Positions 37,383 to 46,881 of a stretch of 64,000 nt of DNA are shown piece by piece. A program made the translations under genes and the position numbers. Where the stretch lies: NCBI GenBank assembly GCA_964474445.1, contig CAYYSJ010000003.1:17597-81596 (forward strand), written 5' to 3'. Each line of letters starts with the position of its first letter. Position 1 is the stretch's first letter. This stretch comes from an uncultured Gammaproteobacteria bacterium. Its GTDB lineage: Bacteria; Patescibacteriota; Microgenomatia; Levybacterales; UBA12049. The notes beneath the pieces are model-generated. The model saw only the letters and a program-made list of their open reading frames with translations. It had not been told where the DNA came from and searched no databases.

Positions 37383-38039
37383 TTAGGAAAAAGGGAGCCG
37401 GCGTGTTGTAACTTCCGGCCGGTAGAATTCTACAGTCCAGTCACCTTGATCATTCTTTTTCGGTGTTCCTATGCTTGTACAGCCCAGGCGCTGGGCATCT
37501 CTCCATGCAGGAGTTGTTCTTGTTGCTTCCTCTTGTGATAGCCCTAGTGTAGATAAGGCATGGATGAATGCATTATAGTTATCACTGCGTGGGTCATTTT
37601 CCCAAATTGATCTTATCCCATCAACATGACCATATATGTTTTCAAAGTATCTCCAAACACTTGGAGTAATCTCCCTTAAGTAAGGCATTCCCTCATACCG
37701 CTGCCCTCGTAAACGATGCGTGGGTGGATATTTTAAATGAGTATTAAATTGGATAAGTCTTAATCTATCAGGAGTATCAATAATTTCTGCTATAAAAAAG
37801 ATCTCAGTATTATCCGTGCTCAAACTGACTTTTCTGTCATTTGCATTTGCTTCAATCGTATGGTACATCCCACCTCTTTTTGCCCGAAAAATACTAGCTG
37901 TGCGATCACAGGGTGCAATAGTCCTGTTATTGACGAGTGCTGTTTCTGCTCGGACAGCATGCCAATCAAGTTGTCGACCATAAATTGTAGGAACAGTTGG
38001 GGATACCAACGGACCTTTTTCTGTAACGGTTAAGGCCAT
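37383..38039 (-). CDS. Hypothetical protein (218 aa)
   Basis: ORF with GC ~50%. No family recognised. Confidence 0.45.
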   Translation of the reverse strand: MALTVTEKGPLVSPTVPTIYGRQLDWHAVRAETALVNNRTIAPCDRTASIFRAKRGGMYHTIEANANDRKVSLSTDNTEIFFIAEIIDTPDRLRLIQFNTHLKYPPTHRLRGQRYEGMPYLREITPSVWRYFENIYGHVDGIRSIWENDPRSDNYNAFIHALSTLGLSQEEATRTTPAWRDAQRLGCTSIGTPKKNDQGDWTVEFYRPEVTTRRLPFS

Positions 38040-38188
38040 AGCACAAATAGCTTTGGTACTATAACCATTTCGAGACTAAAAGTCAATTACTATAACATAA
38101 AAAGAATTGCCTGGTTTAAAGATATGTTTTACTTATTTCTTACACAATTTTTATCATGCTTTAAGCATGTTTCAAGATAATTGCCTGC

Positions 38189-38569
38189 ATGTTAGAAAAA
38201 GAAATACTCAGTATGGATGAGGTAATGGGAATGGTTGGCGGAAAAGTAGATGGTGAAGAGGTAAGAATTATATTAGCTACAGGTCAAGCGACAGAGGATG
38301 TTCCAGCTGATATGGATCCTTATCACATGCTTCAAGAGATTCTTTCAAGAAGAGCCTTTGTACAAATCCCTCAATGGATGAGTAATTCACGACATAAACA
38401 ACTTGCCGTTAGGTTAGTTAGTTCACCTTTATGGATTACTACTCCTGAAGAGGGAAGAAAAAACTTAAGCTTAAGGATAGTAAAAGGGCACTTTAGAAAT
38501 ACTGATAGAACAATTACTCAAGTAACAACGCAATTGCAACAAATGAGAGAAAGAAGAAAACTTCAATGA
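38189..38569 (+). CDS. Hypothetical protein (126 aa)
   Basis: ORF only. Confidence 0.4.
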   Translation: MLEKEILSMDEVMGMVGGKVDGEEVRIILATGQATEDVPADMDPYHMLQEILSRRAFVQIPQWMSNSRHKQLAVRLVSSPLWITTPEEGRKNLSLRIVKGHFRNTDRTITQVTTQLQQMRERRKLQ

Positions 38570-38647
38570 TAAGAGAGATAACCTCCTCGTATTTTATTAA
38601 ATTTCCTTTTTGACAATTACCATTTCTTCAGCATATACTCACTTGCT

Positions 38648-39481
38648 ATGTGGTGGAAAGAAAAACGACCTCGTTTTACATTTGATATTAGTGGGGATTT
38701 CCATTTGGGACATCCAAATCCTCCTGATCGTAATCCTACAGAAAAAGAATTAAGAACATCTCTACAAAGCGCACTAGATCGTAAAGTGGATGGCTACATA
38801 GTGGTTGGAGATGGCGTACATGATAATAGCATCAAAGATGCACACAGACTTGCTGCTTTATACAAAGAATATACCAGTAAAGGCCTTCGCATGTTTGTTA
38901 TGAAAGGCAATCATGATGAAATACCTGAAATTGGTGCCATTCTTGCTCAGGATGGTGGCGTAGAACTTCTGGATGGACAGGTTGTGAAGATGAGAAAAGG
39001 CTTAAGAACCGTTGCCTTGATTGGGGCAACAAGTGAGTTTGGTCCTGATCATACGAATTGGTGGAAAGCAGAAAAAGAAGAAGATCGCAATAGAGCCAGA
39101 CAACGGGTAAGGCAAGAAGCAAGAAAATATGAAGCATTTCTACAACAAGCACTTCGAAGGACAAGAGCACGAGATATTATTGTTGTTACTCATCGAGGGA
39201 TTATCCCAGAAACAGTGGGAAGTAAAGCACAATCAAGAGAAAAAGGATCAGAACTATCTCCACAAATTGAGACGTATGCAAAGGTTATCAGACAAGAGTC
39301 TAGGACACCTATCTTAAGACGGAAGCGTCGTATTCATTTTGTGCATGGACATGATCATGGAGATTATCCCTGGGAAGGTGGACTTACTGGATGGATTGGG
39401 CATGTTCCAGTCTATAATGATGCAGCACCTCTTCGTAAGAGAATAGGGCTTCCAACAATTGCCAGAACAATGCAATTGTAA
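38648..39481 (+). CDS. Calcineurin-like metallophosphoesterase
   Basis: Carries the ordered MPP motifs: DISGDFHLG (GDxHG), VVGDGVHD (GDxxD), MKGNHD (GNH[DE]), VVTHRG and FVHGHDHG (GHxH). Confidence 0.7.
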   Translation: MWWKEKRPRFTFDISGDFHLGHPNPPDRNPTEKELRTSLQSALDRKVDGYIVVGDGVHDNSIKDAHRLAALYKEYTSKGLRMFVMKGNHDEIPEIGAILAQDGGVELLDGQVVKMRKGLRTVALIGATSEFGPDHTNWWKAEKEEDRNRARQRVRQEARKYEAFLQQALRRTRARDIIVVTHRGIIPETVGSKAQSREKGSELSPQIETYAKVIRQESRTPILRRKRRIHFVHGHDHGDYPWEGGLTGWIGHVPVYNDAAPLRKRIGLPTIARTMQL

Positions 39482-39531
39482 CCCCTCTCTATCTTGAGGT
39501 TTCCTTACTGTCTTCTCTGTTTCTTCTTGCA

Positions 39532-40494
39532 GTGAGCCGATATAACAAACAAGAGGTTGTCTATTCATCTTGTATGGCATTTGTATCAGAACTAGCATTA
39601 CGCGACGTCCCATATAGAAATTTGGTAGGGACACTCCAGACAATAGACAAAGTGGCACAGCATACAGGAGCACTCAAAGGATATGTGACTGAAGAGCATG
39701 CAGAAAGTCCTTTTAGAAAAAGGGAAGAAGGTGGTATTGATCCAGCTCAAGTTACGGGAGGGAGTCCGTTACCAGGGCTTATGAGATTATCACGACTTGT
39801 TGCAGCCACAGAGCGCTTGGAGGCATTTCATCCTACGATGGATGACCGAAAAGATGCTGTAGCACATGAAATAGAAAGGAGAAGGGAGGAGGCTCCAACA
39901 GCATATAACGTGTTAAAGAATTTACAAAGAAATGGAGTAGGGAAAGGATGGCTTAGTACGTTTGCTGACCAGGCAGATGGGTACTATCCACCTCAAGAAG
40001 AGAAGAGCCATACCTATGCGAATATTGGTGTTGTGATACGAAGACCGTTGAGTGAACCTGTTTTGAAAGCATTAGAATGGGTTGCAATGACTGTCCCAAA
40101 AGATGGTATACCACAAATGGCTCATCATGAAACACAAGCACAACAGCATGTCCTGTCTCGGATCCTTGGCAAATTAGGAAGAGAGGGGAATACAGAAAGA
40201 ATGTTGCCAAGAGGACAATCCCTTGCTGTGCTCTATACAGTTCTTAGTCATCTTGTTTTGCAAAGGGGTGCAGAGGGAAGTTTTGCAAATCCCTATGAAG
40301 AAAACCTTTTTCAAACACTTCTTGGATACTCAGGCGCGGGTCAGGGAAACCTTCCTGAAACAACACGACAGGTACGGCTTGTTATAGAAAGGTTATTTGC
40401 ATCTGAAGGTTCTTCTCCAGTAATACCAACGTATACAAGAAGAGGTGGATTTATTTTAACCCAACGAAGTCGATCTTTGGTAAGTACCCTCTAA
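39532..40494 (+). CDS. Hypothetical protein (320 aa)
   Basis: ORF with a GTG start (an alternative ATG lies at 39574). GC is high. No family recognised. Confidence 0.4.
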   Translation: MSRYNKQEVVYSSCMAFVSELALRDVPYRNLVGTLQTIDKVAQHTGALKGYVTEEHAESPFRKREEGGIDPAQVTGGSPLPGLMRLSRLVAATERLEAFHPTMDDRKDAVAHEIERRREEAPTAYNVLKNLQRNGVGKGWLSTFADQADGYYPPQEEKSHTYANIGVVIRRPLSEPVLKALEWVAMTVPKDGIPQMAHHETQAQQHVLSRILGKLGREGNTERMLPRGQSLAVLYTVLSHLVLQRGAEGSFANPYEENLFQTLLGYSGAGQGNLPETTRQVRLVIERLFASEGSSPVIPTYTRRGGFILTQRSRSLVSTL

Positions 40495-40738
40495 CATATT
40501 CCCAAAATTTTTCTGCAGTTTTGTTGCTAAATTTGCCATATTTTCCACCTTCTGCTTCCGAACAAAGCATATTCTCATATCGTCGGATGATAGGAAGGAG
40601 TTCATCTCCTAACTCATTGAGTTGTTGCTGATACATCTTTTGATCTTTTGCATAGTTATCATGCACAATCTTAAATGCATTAAAGAGATCTTTATGATTT
40701 TCGAGCATATCTTGAAAGTATTGCTGAGACTTTGTCAT
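40451..40738 (-). CDS. Hypothetical small protein (95 aa)
   Basis: ORF with host-like low GC. Its 3' end overlaps the convergent upstream gene. Confidence 0.4.
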   Translation of the reverse strand: MTKSQQYFQDMLENHKDLFNAFKIVHDNYAKDQKMYQQQLNELGDELLPIIRRYENMLCSEAEGGKYGKFSNKTAEKFWEYVRGYLPKIDFVGLK

Positions 40739-40782
40739 AGGAAATCCATTGTAACAGATTGAGGAATTTGTTGGGAAGATAG

Positions 40783-41058
40783 TTATTGTCTTGTACTTCC
40801 GTGATACCCATCATTTCCGCCAGTGGAGGAATGTCTATAGATTCTTCCGTCTTGCTGCATATATGTTCCATTTTTATGAACTTGTTCACTGGGAATAACA
40901 TACGCTCCTAGTTCTGCAGCTTTTACTTCTGCAGCTATAGCTCCAGCCCAGTCATGGGAATACAGTGCGAAAACATTTCTGCCAGTAGCATCTTTTGCAA
41001 CAGCATGGTGAAATGCTCTTTCTCCACTCATTGCTTCAACTCGTACCATATATGGCAT
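40783..41058 (-). CDS. Hypothetical small protein (91 aa)
   Basis: ORF only. Confidence 0.3.
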   Translation of the reverse strand: MPYMVRVEAMSGERAFHHAVAKDATGRNVFALYSHDWAGAIAAEVKAAELGAYVIPSEQVHKNGTYMQQDGRIYRHSSTGGNDGYHGSTRQ

Positions 41059-41085
41059 TATATCTAAAAAAAAGAAAAAATAAAT

Positions 41086-41952
41086 CTACTTTTGTGCAAG
41101 GGTAATAAAGAGGATACCAAGAAGGATAATAAGAGTGGGGAGAATATGATTTTTTATTTTCTCCTTGAAAAATAGCCATCCAAAAATGGAAGAAAATATA
41201 ATATTACTATTCCCAACAGCGTTTACATACACGGGCAAGGTCAGTGAATATGCCAAAAATTGGAAAAATACTTGAGCAGCATCAAAAGCTCCTGCAGGGA
41301 AAACTTTTATTCCCATGTTGAAGGATAGGAGTTTTTTAAATCCTTTCCTATCTGCAAGGTATGCAACAGGAGTGAAACAAATTGCCCAGAGAATTTGAAA
41401 GAAGGATGTATAAAAATAGGGAGTTGAATTATCTATTGCCAATTTTTGAAGTGCGCCTACAATACTCCATAATACAGCAACAATAATGATGAGCATGACT
41501 CCTTTCTCTTTTGCGATTGCTTTAAATGGAGAAAGGATATGTTTGGTGTCATGATCAAAATGCAAAAAGTACACACCTACTACTATAACAATAATGCCTA
41601 CTATTCCTAACGGAGTTGGGAAAAGATGATTAATAAAAAACTGTGTTGCAATCATTAGTACTAACTGAAGTGAAAGCATGGGCGTGGTAAGAGAAAGAGG
41701 AGATAGGTGAATTGCTTTAATAAAAAGTGTAAATGCTAAAGAATCTAAGATAAGTCGTCCCAAAACAGAAATCCAAAATGCCTGATCGAGATGTGGAATT
41801 CCAAATAACAGCAATGGAGAAAAAAGAATGGATGATACCACTAGAACGCTCCATGCCATGAGAATAGGATTTATTCGAATGGATTTTTTCTTAAAATAGG
41901 CATTTTGCATGCCAGTGGTTAGTGCAAAGAGCAGAGAATAAAGAAACCACAT
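41086..41952 (-). CDS. EamA/DMT-superfamily membrane transporter (10 transmembrane segments)
   Basis: Two similar halves of five transmembrane helices each, ~290 aa, and hydrophobic throughout. Confidence 0.6.
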   Translation of the reverse strand: MWFLYSLLFALTTGMQNAYFKKKSIRINPILMAWSVLVVSSILFSPLLLFGIPHLDQAFWISVLGRLILDSLAFTLFIKAIHLSPLSLTTPMLSLQLVLMIATQFFINHLFPTPLGIVGIIVIVVGVYFLHFDHDTKHILSPFKAIAKEKGVMLIIIVAVLWSIVGALQKLAIDNSTPYFYTSFFQILWAICFTPVAYLADRKGFKKLLSFNMGIKVFPAGAFDAAQVFFQFLAYSLTLPVYVNAVGNSNIIFSSIFGWLFFKEKIKNHILPTLIILLGILFITLAQK

Positions 41953-42088
41953 ACAAATAGCTTACAAGAGGTGAGAGAAACTATACAAGAGTAAAAATAA
42001 AAATCTTCTACCTCACAGGTAGAAGATTAAGAACTGGGATTGATTTTTAAAGTTTGTTATTTTAAGAGTTTCTAGGCAGATACTAACT

Positions 42089-42289
42089 CTAGTCTGGGTA
42101 TATCTCTTTGAGGAAAGGATCTTCTAAATGAACAGGATAATCAAGTAGTGAGAGAAATCGTCGAGGATTATCCATTTGATCATAATGTTCATCACAAAGG
42201 TAATGGTCACACGATTTATTCTCAGCATATACAGTAACTGTATGGGTGGCTATATATTCTTGGCAGACTTCGCAAACATGATCCATCAT
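42089..42289 (-). CDS. Hypothetical small CxxC...C....C zinc-ribbon-like protein (66 aa)
   Basis: Cys spacing read directly (C6, C9, C27, C32). Confidence 0.35.
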   Translation of the reverse strand: MMDHVCEVCQEYIATHTVTVYAENKSCDHYLCDEHYDQMDNPRRFLSLLDYPVHLEDPFLKEIYPD

Positions 42290-42409
42290 AGGCAGAGATA
42301 TTGTGTAATTTCAGCATAGGTTTTGCAAAAGAGAATACAATAAATATTTCGTAAGAGAATAAAGAGAATCAATAAGCAAATAAGCAAAAGAGAAATAAGG
42401 TATTGACAA

Positions 42410-42440
42410 AAAACACGCAGGGAAAACTGCGTGTTTTTGA
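42410..42440 (-). terminator. Intrinsic terminator for the 42457-42735 gene
   Basis: AAAACACGCAG-ggaaaa-CTGCGTGTTTT is an 11-bp perfect stem with a U-run on the minus strand. It is bidirectional. Confidence 0.6.
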
Positions 42441-42456
42441 TCTTGCTTACGTGTTT

Positions 42457-42735
42457 TTAGTAGGTTGTACCTCGTGTTCCACGACTTACCAGTCTTCCAA
42501 TCCAGATAAGAAGAACTGCTCCAATAACCGCGACTAACAAACTATAGAGGTTAAACCCTGTAACTCCTGGTTGACCAAAAAGGGTCATGACAAATCCTCC
42601 AACAATTGCACCAAGTACGCCAAGGATCATATCCATCCACAATCCATTTGGGCTACGTGAAATGGCTGATGCGATCCAACCAGCAATGAGTCCCAAAATG
42701 ATTTCAAGTAGTATACCCATAGTTGAGAGTTTCAC
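42457..42735 (-). CDS. GlsB/YeaQ/YmgE-family transglycosylase-associated small membrane protein
   Basis: 92 aa and three transmembrane segments, with the characteristic Gly-rich hydrophobic pattern (GILLEIILGLIAGWIAS...ILGVLGAIVGGFV). Confidence 0.65.
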   Translation of the reverse strand: MKLSTMGILLEIILGLIAGWIASAISRSPNGLWMDMILGVLGAIVGGFVMTLFGQPGVTGFNLYSLLVAVIGAVLLIWIGRLVSRGTRGTTY

Positions 42736-43025
42736 CCCCTTTCAATAGTACATCTCTCTATTTCGTCATACCGGCAAACTTTTTGCTTGCTCGTGTCCAT
42801 AGTAGAGAAAGCAACTTATAAATTAAAAAGCAGGGGGTAAGAACAGAGTAAGAAATACTTTGGGGGAATGTCATTTTTTCTATCTTGAAAAACAAGAAAA
42901 TTGGTAAAAAAGTCGAATGTCAGCTGACAAATTATGTGCAATTTGGACAAATGCGCACGATTGCAAGGCGAATTGAACGCAGTACAATTAATCTCTGTTT
43001 AAAAAAAGAAAGGAGGGAAACAAAA

Positions 43026-43220
43026 ATGGGAAGACCAGCAGAAACTAGGCCACAATCAGGAGGTCAACAACCACAACCAATGACGGGAGAACAGTTAATG
43101 CGGAATATGCCTCCACGACGTGATGGTATAGTACAATCCCCAGTTGGGGATAGAGGACACACTTGGCCATCAGATGCACCAAGTGGAAAAATAGAACGTT
43201 CAACGCATTCAGGAAGATAA
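43026..43220 (+). CDS. Hypothetical small Pro/Gln/Arg-rich hydrophilic protein (64 aa)
   Basis: AGGAGG Shine-Dalgarno sequence 9 nt upstream of the ATG at 43026. The supplied ORF extends it upstream without an RBS. Confidence 0.4.
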   Translation: MGRPAETRPQSGGQQPQPMTGEQLMRNMPPRRDGIVQSPVGDRGHTWPSDAPSGKIERSTHSGR

Positions 43221-43233
43221 AAATAATTTTCAA

Positions 43234-43273
43234 AAATCTCTCTATATATACTAAGGTATAGAGAGATTTTTTT
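43234..43273 (+). terminator. Intrinsic terminator
   Basis: AAATCTCTCTATA ... TATAGAGAGATTT forms a 13-bp perfect stem, followed by T7. Confidence 0.65.
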
Positions 43274-43347
43274 GTGGGAACATATTTCTTTCCAAACATT
43301 TACCTAATTTTGGGTAAGCTTTTTTATAAGTGGAGGACAGTTTGCTT

Positions 43348-43605
43348 ATGAGAAAGGCAAAAAGGACAAAAGTAGTTGTATCACCAAAAGAATTAGAACA
43401 TTTTGTTGGAGAGTCAGAATATGGGGGAAAGGGAGGACAGACTCATGCAGGGCCCACTGGTCCAATGAAAGGCAATCCTGTGTATTTTCCTAAACAGGTT
43501 GGTGTGAAACCAACACCAGATTTGAAGAAAAAATTGGAAAAAGATGCTTTTGATATAACAGATGAAACAGTTGCACAATCAGCAGAAGAAGATGAAAAAC
43601 AATAA
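43348..43605 (+). CDS. Stress-induced KGG-motif protein (YciG/general-stress-protein-like)
   Basis: GGAGG Shine-Dalgarno sequence 10 nt upstream. YGGKGGQTHAGPTGP resembles the KGG repeat. The protein is small and hydrophilic. Confidence 0.45.
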   Translation: MRKAKRTKVVVSPKELEHFVGESEYGGKGGQTHAGPTGPMKGNPVYFPKQVGVKPTPDLKKKLEKDAFDITDETVAQSAEEDEKQ

Positions 43606-43608
43606 CCT

Positions 43609-44949
43609 ATGCAACCTCCCAATCAGTTTGTAGAGCCTTCAGATACCTCCCTTATTTCCCAATTACGCAAGATAGTGAAACCATTAGAATATGACTCAGA
43701 TTTAGAATCACTGCTGCAAGAGACTGACAATAAGCGCTTCGTTCTTTTAGGAGAAGCTTCGCATGGTACTTCGGAATTTTACCTCTGGAGACGAGCACTT
43801 ACCAAACAAATTATTTCTCATCAAAATGTGAGTTTTATTGCTGTTGAAGGAGATTGGCCAGACTGTTACCGAGTAAATAGATACATTAAGGGATATCCTG
43901 ATGCAGGTAACAGTGCAGAAGAGGTATTACGGCACTTTGCACGTTGGCCAACATGGATGTGGGCAAATACAGAGATGATTGACCTGATTGAGTGGTTAAA
44001 AGAGTACAATACTGAGCTTCAGCCTCATAAAAAAATAGGTTTTTATGGAATGGACGTTTACTCGTTATGGGAGTCGTTAGAACAGGTACTATCCTATCTT
44101 TCCTCCGTTCATCCAAAAGAAGCAAAAAAAGCACAAGAATTATATTCGTGTTTTGAGCCATATGGGGGAGATCCTGATCGATATACTCTCTCAACAGCAT
44201 ATATTCCAGAAGGGTGTGAAAAAGAAGTGTTGGAAGTATTAAAACGTTTTATCAGGAGGCAAAAAAAATATCCGCTCGATGATGAGGCAGCATTCAATGC
44301 AGAACAGAATGCATTTATTGCTGCTCAAGCTGAAAAATATTATAGAAGTATGCTCAAGGGTGATGTAGAGTCATGGAACAATCGTGACCGAAGTATGGTT
44401 GATACGTTATACCGATTGGAACGTTTCTACGCAGATAACAATAATATAGGAACTGTTATCGTTTGGGCACATAACACGCATATCGGGGATGCCCGATTTA
44501 CAGATATGATAGAAAATCAGATGTGGAATGTCGGACAGTTGCTACGACAGGAAATAGGGGAAGCATATGTCTATATTCTTGGATTTGCAACCTATCAAGG
44601 TTCTGTTCTAGCAGCTGAAAGGTGGGATGCTCCAGCAAAAATCATGAAGGTTCCTCCAGCAAGAAAAGAGAGTTGGGATAGTTTCCTTGCAGCATCAACT
44701 GAGAAAAATAGTTTGTTTGTTTTTTCAATACTTGATGAGAAAAAGAAAAAGCTTCTTGCGAAAATGAGAGGACAGCGAGCAATTGGAGTTGTCTATGCAC
44801 CCATGTTTGAATATGGAAATTATGTACCAACGCTTCTTGCTCTCCGATTTAATAGTGTTCTTTTTATTAAAGATTCGCATGCATCACACCCACTGCACGT
44901 TGTGAGACATCCACCAGAATTTCCAGAGACCTATCCTTCTGCCATGTAG
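43609..44949 (+). CDS. Erythromycin esterase (Ere) family protein
   Basis: FVLLGEASHGTSEFY matches the PF05139 N-terminal motif. It is ~440 aa and has WAHNTHIG. Confidence 0.65.
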   Translation: MQPPNQFVEPSDTSLISQLRKIVKPLEYDSDLESLLQETDNKRFVLLGEASHGTSEFYLWRRALTKQIISHQNVSFIAVEGDWPDCYRVNRYIKGYPDAGNSAEEVLRHFARWPTWMWANTEMIDLIEWLKEYNTELQPHKKIGFYGMDVYSLWESLEQVLSYLSSVHPKEAKKAQELYSCFEPYGGDPDRYTLSTAYIPEGCEKEVLEVLKRFIRRQKKYPLDDEAAFNAEQNAFIAAQAEKYYRSMLKGDVESWNNRDRSMVDTLYRLERFYADNNNIGTVIVWAHNTHIGDARFTDMIENQMWNVGQLLRQEIGEAYVYILGFATYQGSVLAAERWDAPAKIMKVPPARKESWDSFLAASTEKNSLFVFSILDEKKKKLLAKMRGQRAIGVVYAPMFEYGNYVPTLLALRFNSVLFIKDSHASHPLHVVRHPPEFPETYPSAM

Positions 44950-44989
44950 TACATTGACTTTATGGAGGTAGTTGCATTAGCATGCAACT

Positions 44990-45703
44990 ATGCTTGATGA
45001 TTTACGAAACGATGTTCACGTGCTCACTCGTCCTGAAAAAGCAAATATTCTCCAAAGATTTTTTAAAACTGGAAAAGGTGAGTATGGAGAAGGTGATATC
45101 TTTTTAGGGTTAACCGTGCCGGAGTGTCGAACTCTTGCAAAGAAATACTCTCATATGTCGTGGAAAGACATTGAGACACTTGTTGCTTCAAAAAATCATG
45201 AAGAGCGGCTTATTGCACTTCTTATTCTTGTTCAGAAATTTCAAACAGGATCAAATGCCTTGCAACAAGAAGTATATGCATTTTATCTTGAACATACAAA
45301 ACACATTAATAATTGGGATTTAGTTGATTTATCTGCAGCAAAGATTGTTGGAGAGTGGGTATATCTTCATAAAGACAAGGAGTATACTGCCTTGAAACAT
45401 CTTGCTCGATCAGATAAACTCTGGGAAAGACGTATTGCCATCATTGCAACATTTGCTTTTATTCTCCATGGTTCTTGTGAAGAAACCTTCTTTATTGCAG
45501 AAATCCTCCTGAAAGATACACACGATCTGATTCAAAAAGCAGTTGGATGGATGCTTCGGGAGGCAGGAAAGCGCATTTCTGAAGAAAAAGAGGAATCCTT
45601 TTTAAGGAAACATTATAAAGAAATGGGACGAACAGCTCTCAGATATGCAATAGAACGTTTTCCGGAAGAAAAACGAAAAGTATATCTTTCAGGCAGTTTT
45701 TAA
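44990..45703 (+). CDS. DNA alkylation repair protein (AlkC/AlkD-like HEAT-repeat glycosylase family)
   Basis: About 230 aa and all alpha-helical, with segments typical of the family (NNWDLVD, LWERRIAI, KAVGWMLRE). Confidence 0.55.
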   Translation: MLDDLRNDVHVLTRPEKANILQRFFKTGKGEYGEGDIFLGLTVPECRTLAKKYSHMSWKDIETLVASKNHEERLIALLILVQKFQTGSNALQQEVYAFYLEHTKHINNWDLVDLSAAKIVGEWVYLHKDKEYTALKHLARSDKLWERRIAIIATFAFILHGSCEETFFIAEILLKDTHDLIQKAVGWMLREAGKRISEEKEESFLRKHYKEMGRTALRYAIERFPEEKRKVYLSGSF

Positions 45704-45828
45704 ATCATTTCTTTTAGAAAATTCTTACGGTGATTCTTACAGAGAGATGATACATATGTAGTGAGACAAGGTCTCAAAAGGAGCGTGATCCATCATCTAG
45801 CAGGTAGTCCCCAAGACTATCTGTTTTG

Positions 45829-46245
45829 TTATGGGGCAGGAATATACATCAGGGCAAATTCATCTGCTTCTTTTTCTTGTTTAGAAATTTCTGCTTTACT
45901 TTGCTTAATATAGATTGAGTTTCTGTGACCGAGAACGACATGCCCTATCTCATGAGCAATGGAGTAGTGGATTTGTTTAGGTTCTTGAGATAGCAAGTCG
46001 TCGCTTAAAAAAATAAGATGTTGATCTGCCAAATCGTCTCCAGTAAACGTATATGCCCATGCATCATCCATTGATCCAACAAACCAGCAATATTGCGTAA
46101 TGTAGTCTTGGAGATCTTTAGGGAGCTTACTGACAACAAGGCTGACATGGTGTTTGAGTTTGTGTGTTCCAACAAGTCTCCCACGGAATTTTTTCTGGAT
46201 AGCGGTAACCTTACTCATGAGAATTATTGTATCAGACATATACAA
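45829..46245 (-). CDS. ImmA/IrrE-family metallopeptidase domain protein
   Basis: Carries HEIGHVVLGH, the HExxH+H of PF06114. No XRE/HTH partner is adjacent. Confidence 0.6.
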   Translation of the reverse strand: MYMSDTIILMSKVTAIQKKFRGRLVGTHKLKHHVSLVVSKLPKDLQDYITQYCWFVGSMDDAWAYTFTGDDLADQHLIFLSDDLLSQEPKQIHYSIAHEIGHVVLGHRNSIYIKQSKAEISKQEKEADEFALMYIPAP

Positions 46246-46326
46246 AGAACAGGGTGAGTGCTTCCTTTTTTTCTTGACTTTTTCTCAAAAAATGATATGC
46301 TTCCTTCAACCTGCCTAAGATACTAT

Positions 46327-46815
46327 ATGGAATTATCAGATAAAATTCGACTAGGAGTTGGGGCAGCTGTATTGGTTATTATTTTAGGAGTGGGAGTATT
46401 ATTCTTCACACATTCCGTGAAAAAAACATCCCAGCCAACAAAATTTGCAGCTACTCAAACACAACAACTCGCAACAACTCCTACTGATACACCAACACCA
46501 ACTCCATCCGAAAGCACTGGTGTATCACAACAGACAGGTTCTCAAGCATCTTCTGGGAATTCTACTCAGTCAAGTCCATCTCAAACACAATCGTTTAGTA
46601 ACACAAATGGTACTACAACACAGTCTTCTGGGAATAGTACAGAAAACACCCAAACGACAACGACTCCTTTTGGACAACTTATCCTACAACAGCAGCAACA
46701 ACAGGCGCAGCATGCTAGTGTGACTATCGGAACGAGTTCGACAACGACATCTTCTAATTCCCTCAATCAGTCCCAGACAATGGGGAATATGACACAAAAC
46801 CAAAGTCTTCAGTAG
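46327..46815 (+). CDS. Hypothetical membrane-anchored Ser/Thr/Gln-rich low-complexity protein
   Basis: N-terminal transmembrane segment (LGVGAAVLVIILGVGVLFF) followed by a T/S/Q-rich tail. The start is taken at the internal ATG 46327. Confidence 0.4.
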   Translation: MELSDKIRLGVGAAVLVIILGVGVLFFTHSVKKTSQPTKFAATQTQQLATTPTDTPTPTPSESTGVSQQTGSQASSGNSTQSSPSQTQSFSNTNGTTTQSSGNSTENTQTTTTPFGQLILQQQQQQAQHASVTIGTSSTTTSSNSLNQSQTMGNMTQNQSLQ

Positions 46816-46881
46816 AAGCTACTTCATTTTTGGTAAGTAGTTGTCTAAATACAACCAAATCTGCAATAATAATAGTCCTCC

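Noticed and set aside
46445-46766. Alternative-frame ORFs inside the S/T/Q-rich gene (46445..46723 plus strand, 46581..46766 minus strand)
   Set aside because: They arise from the repetitive low-complexity coding sequence, not from independent genes.
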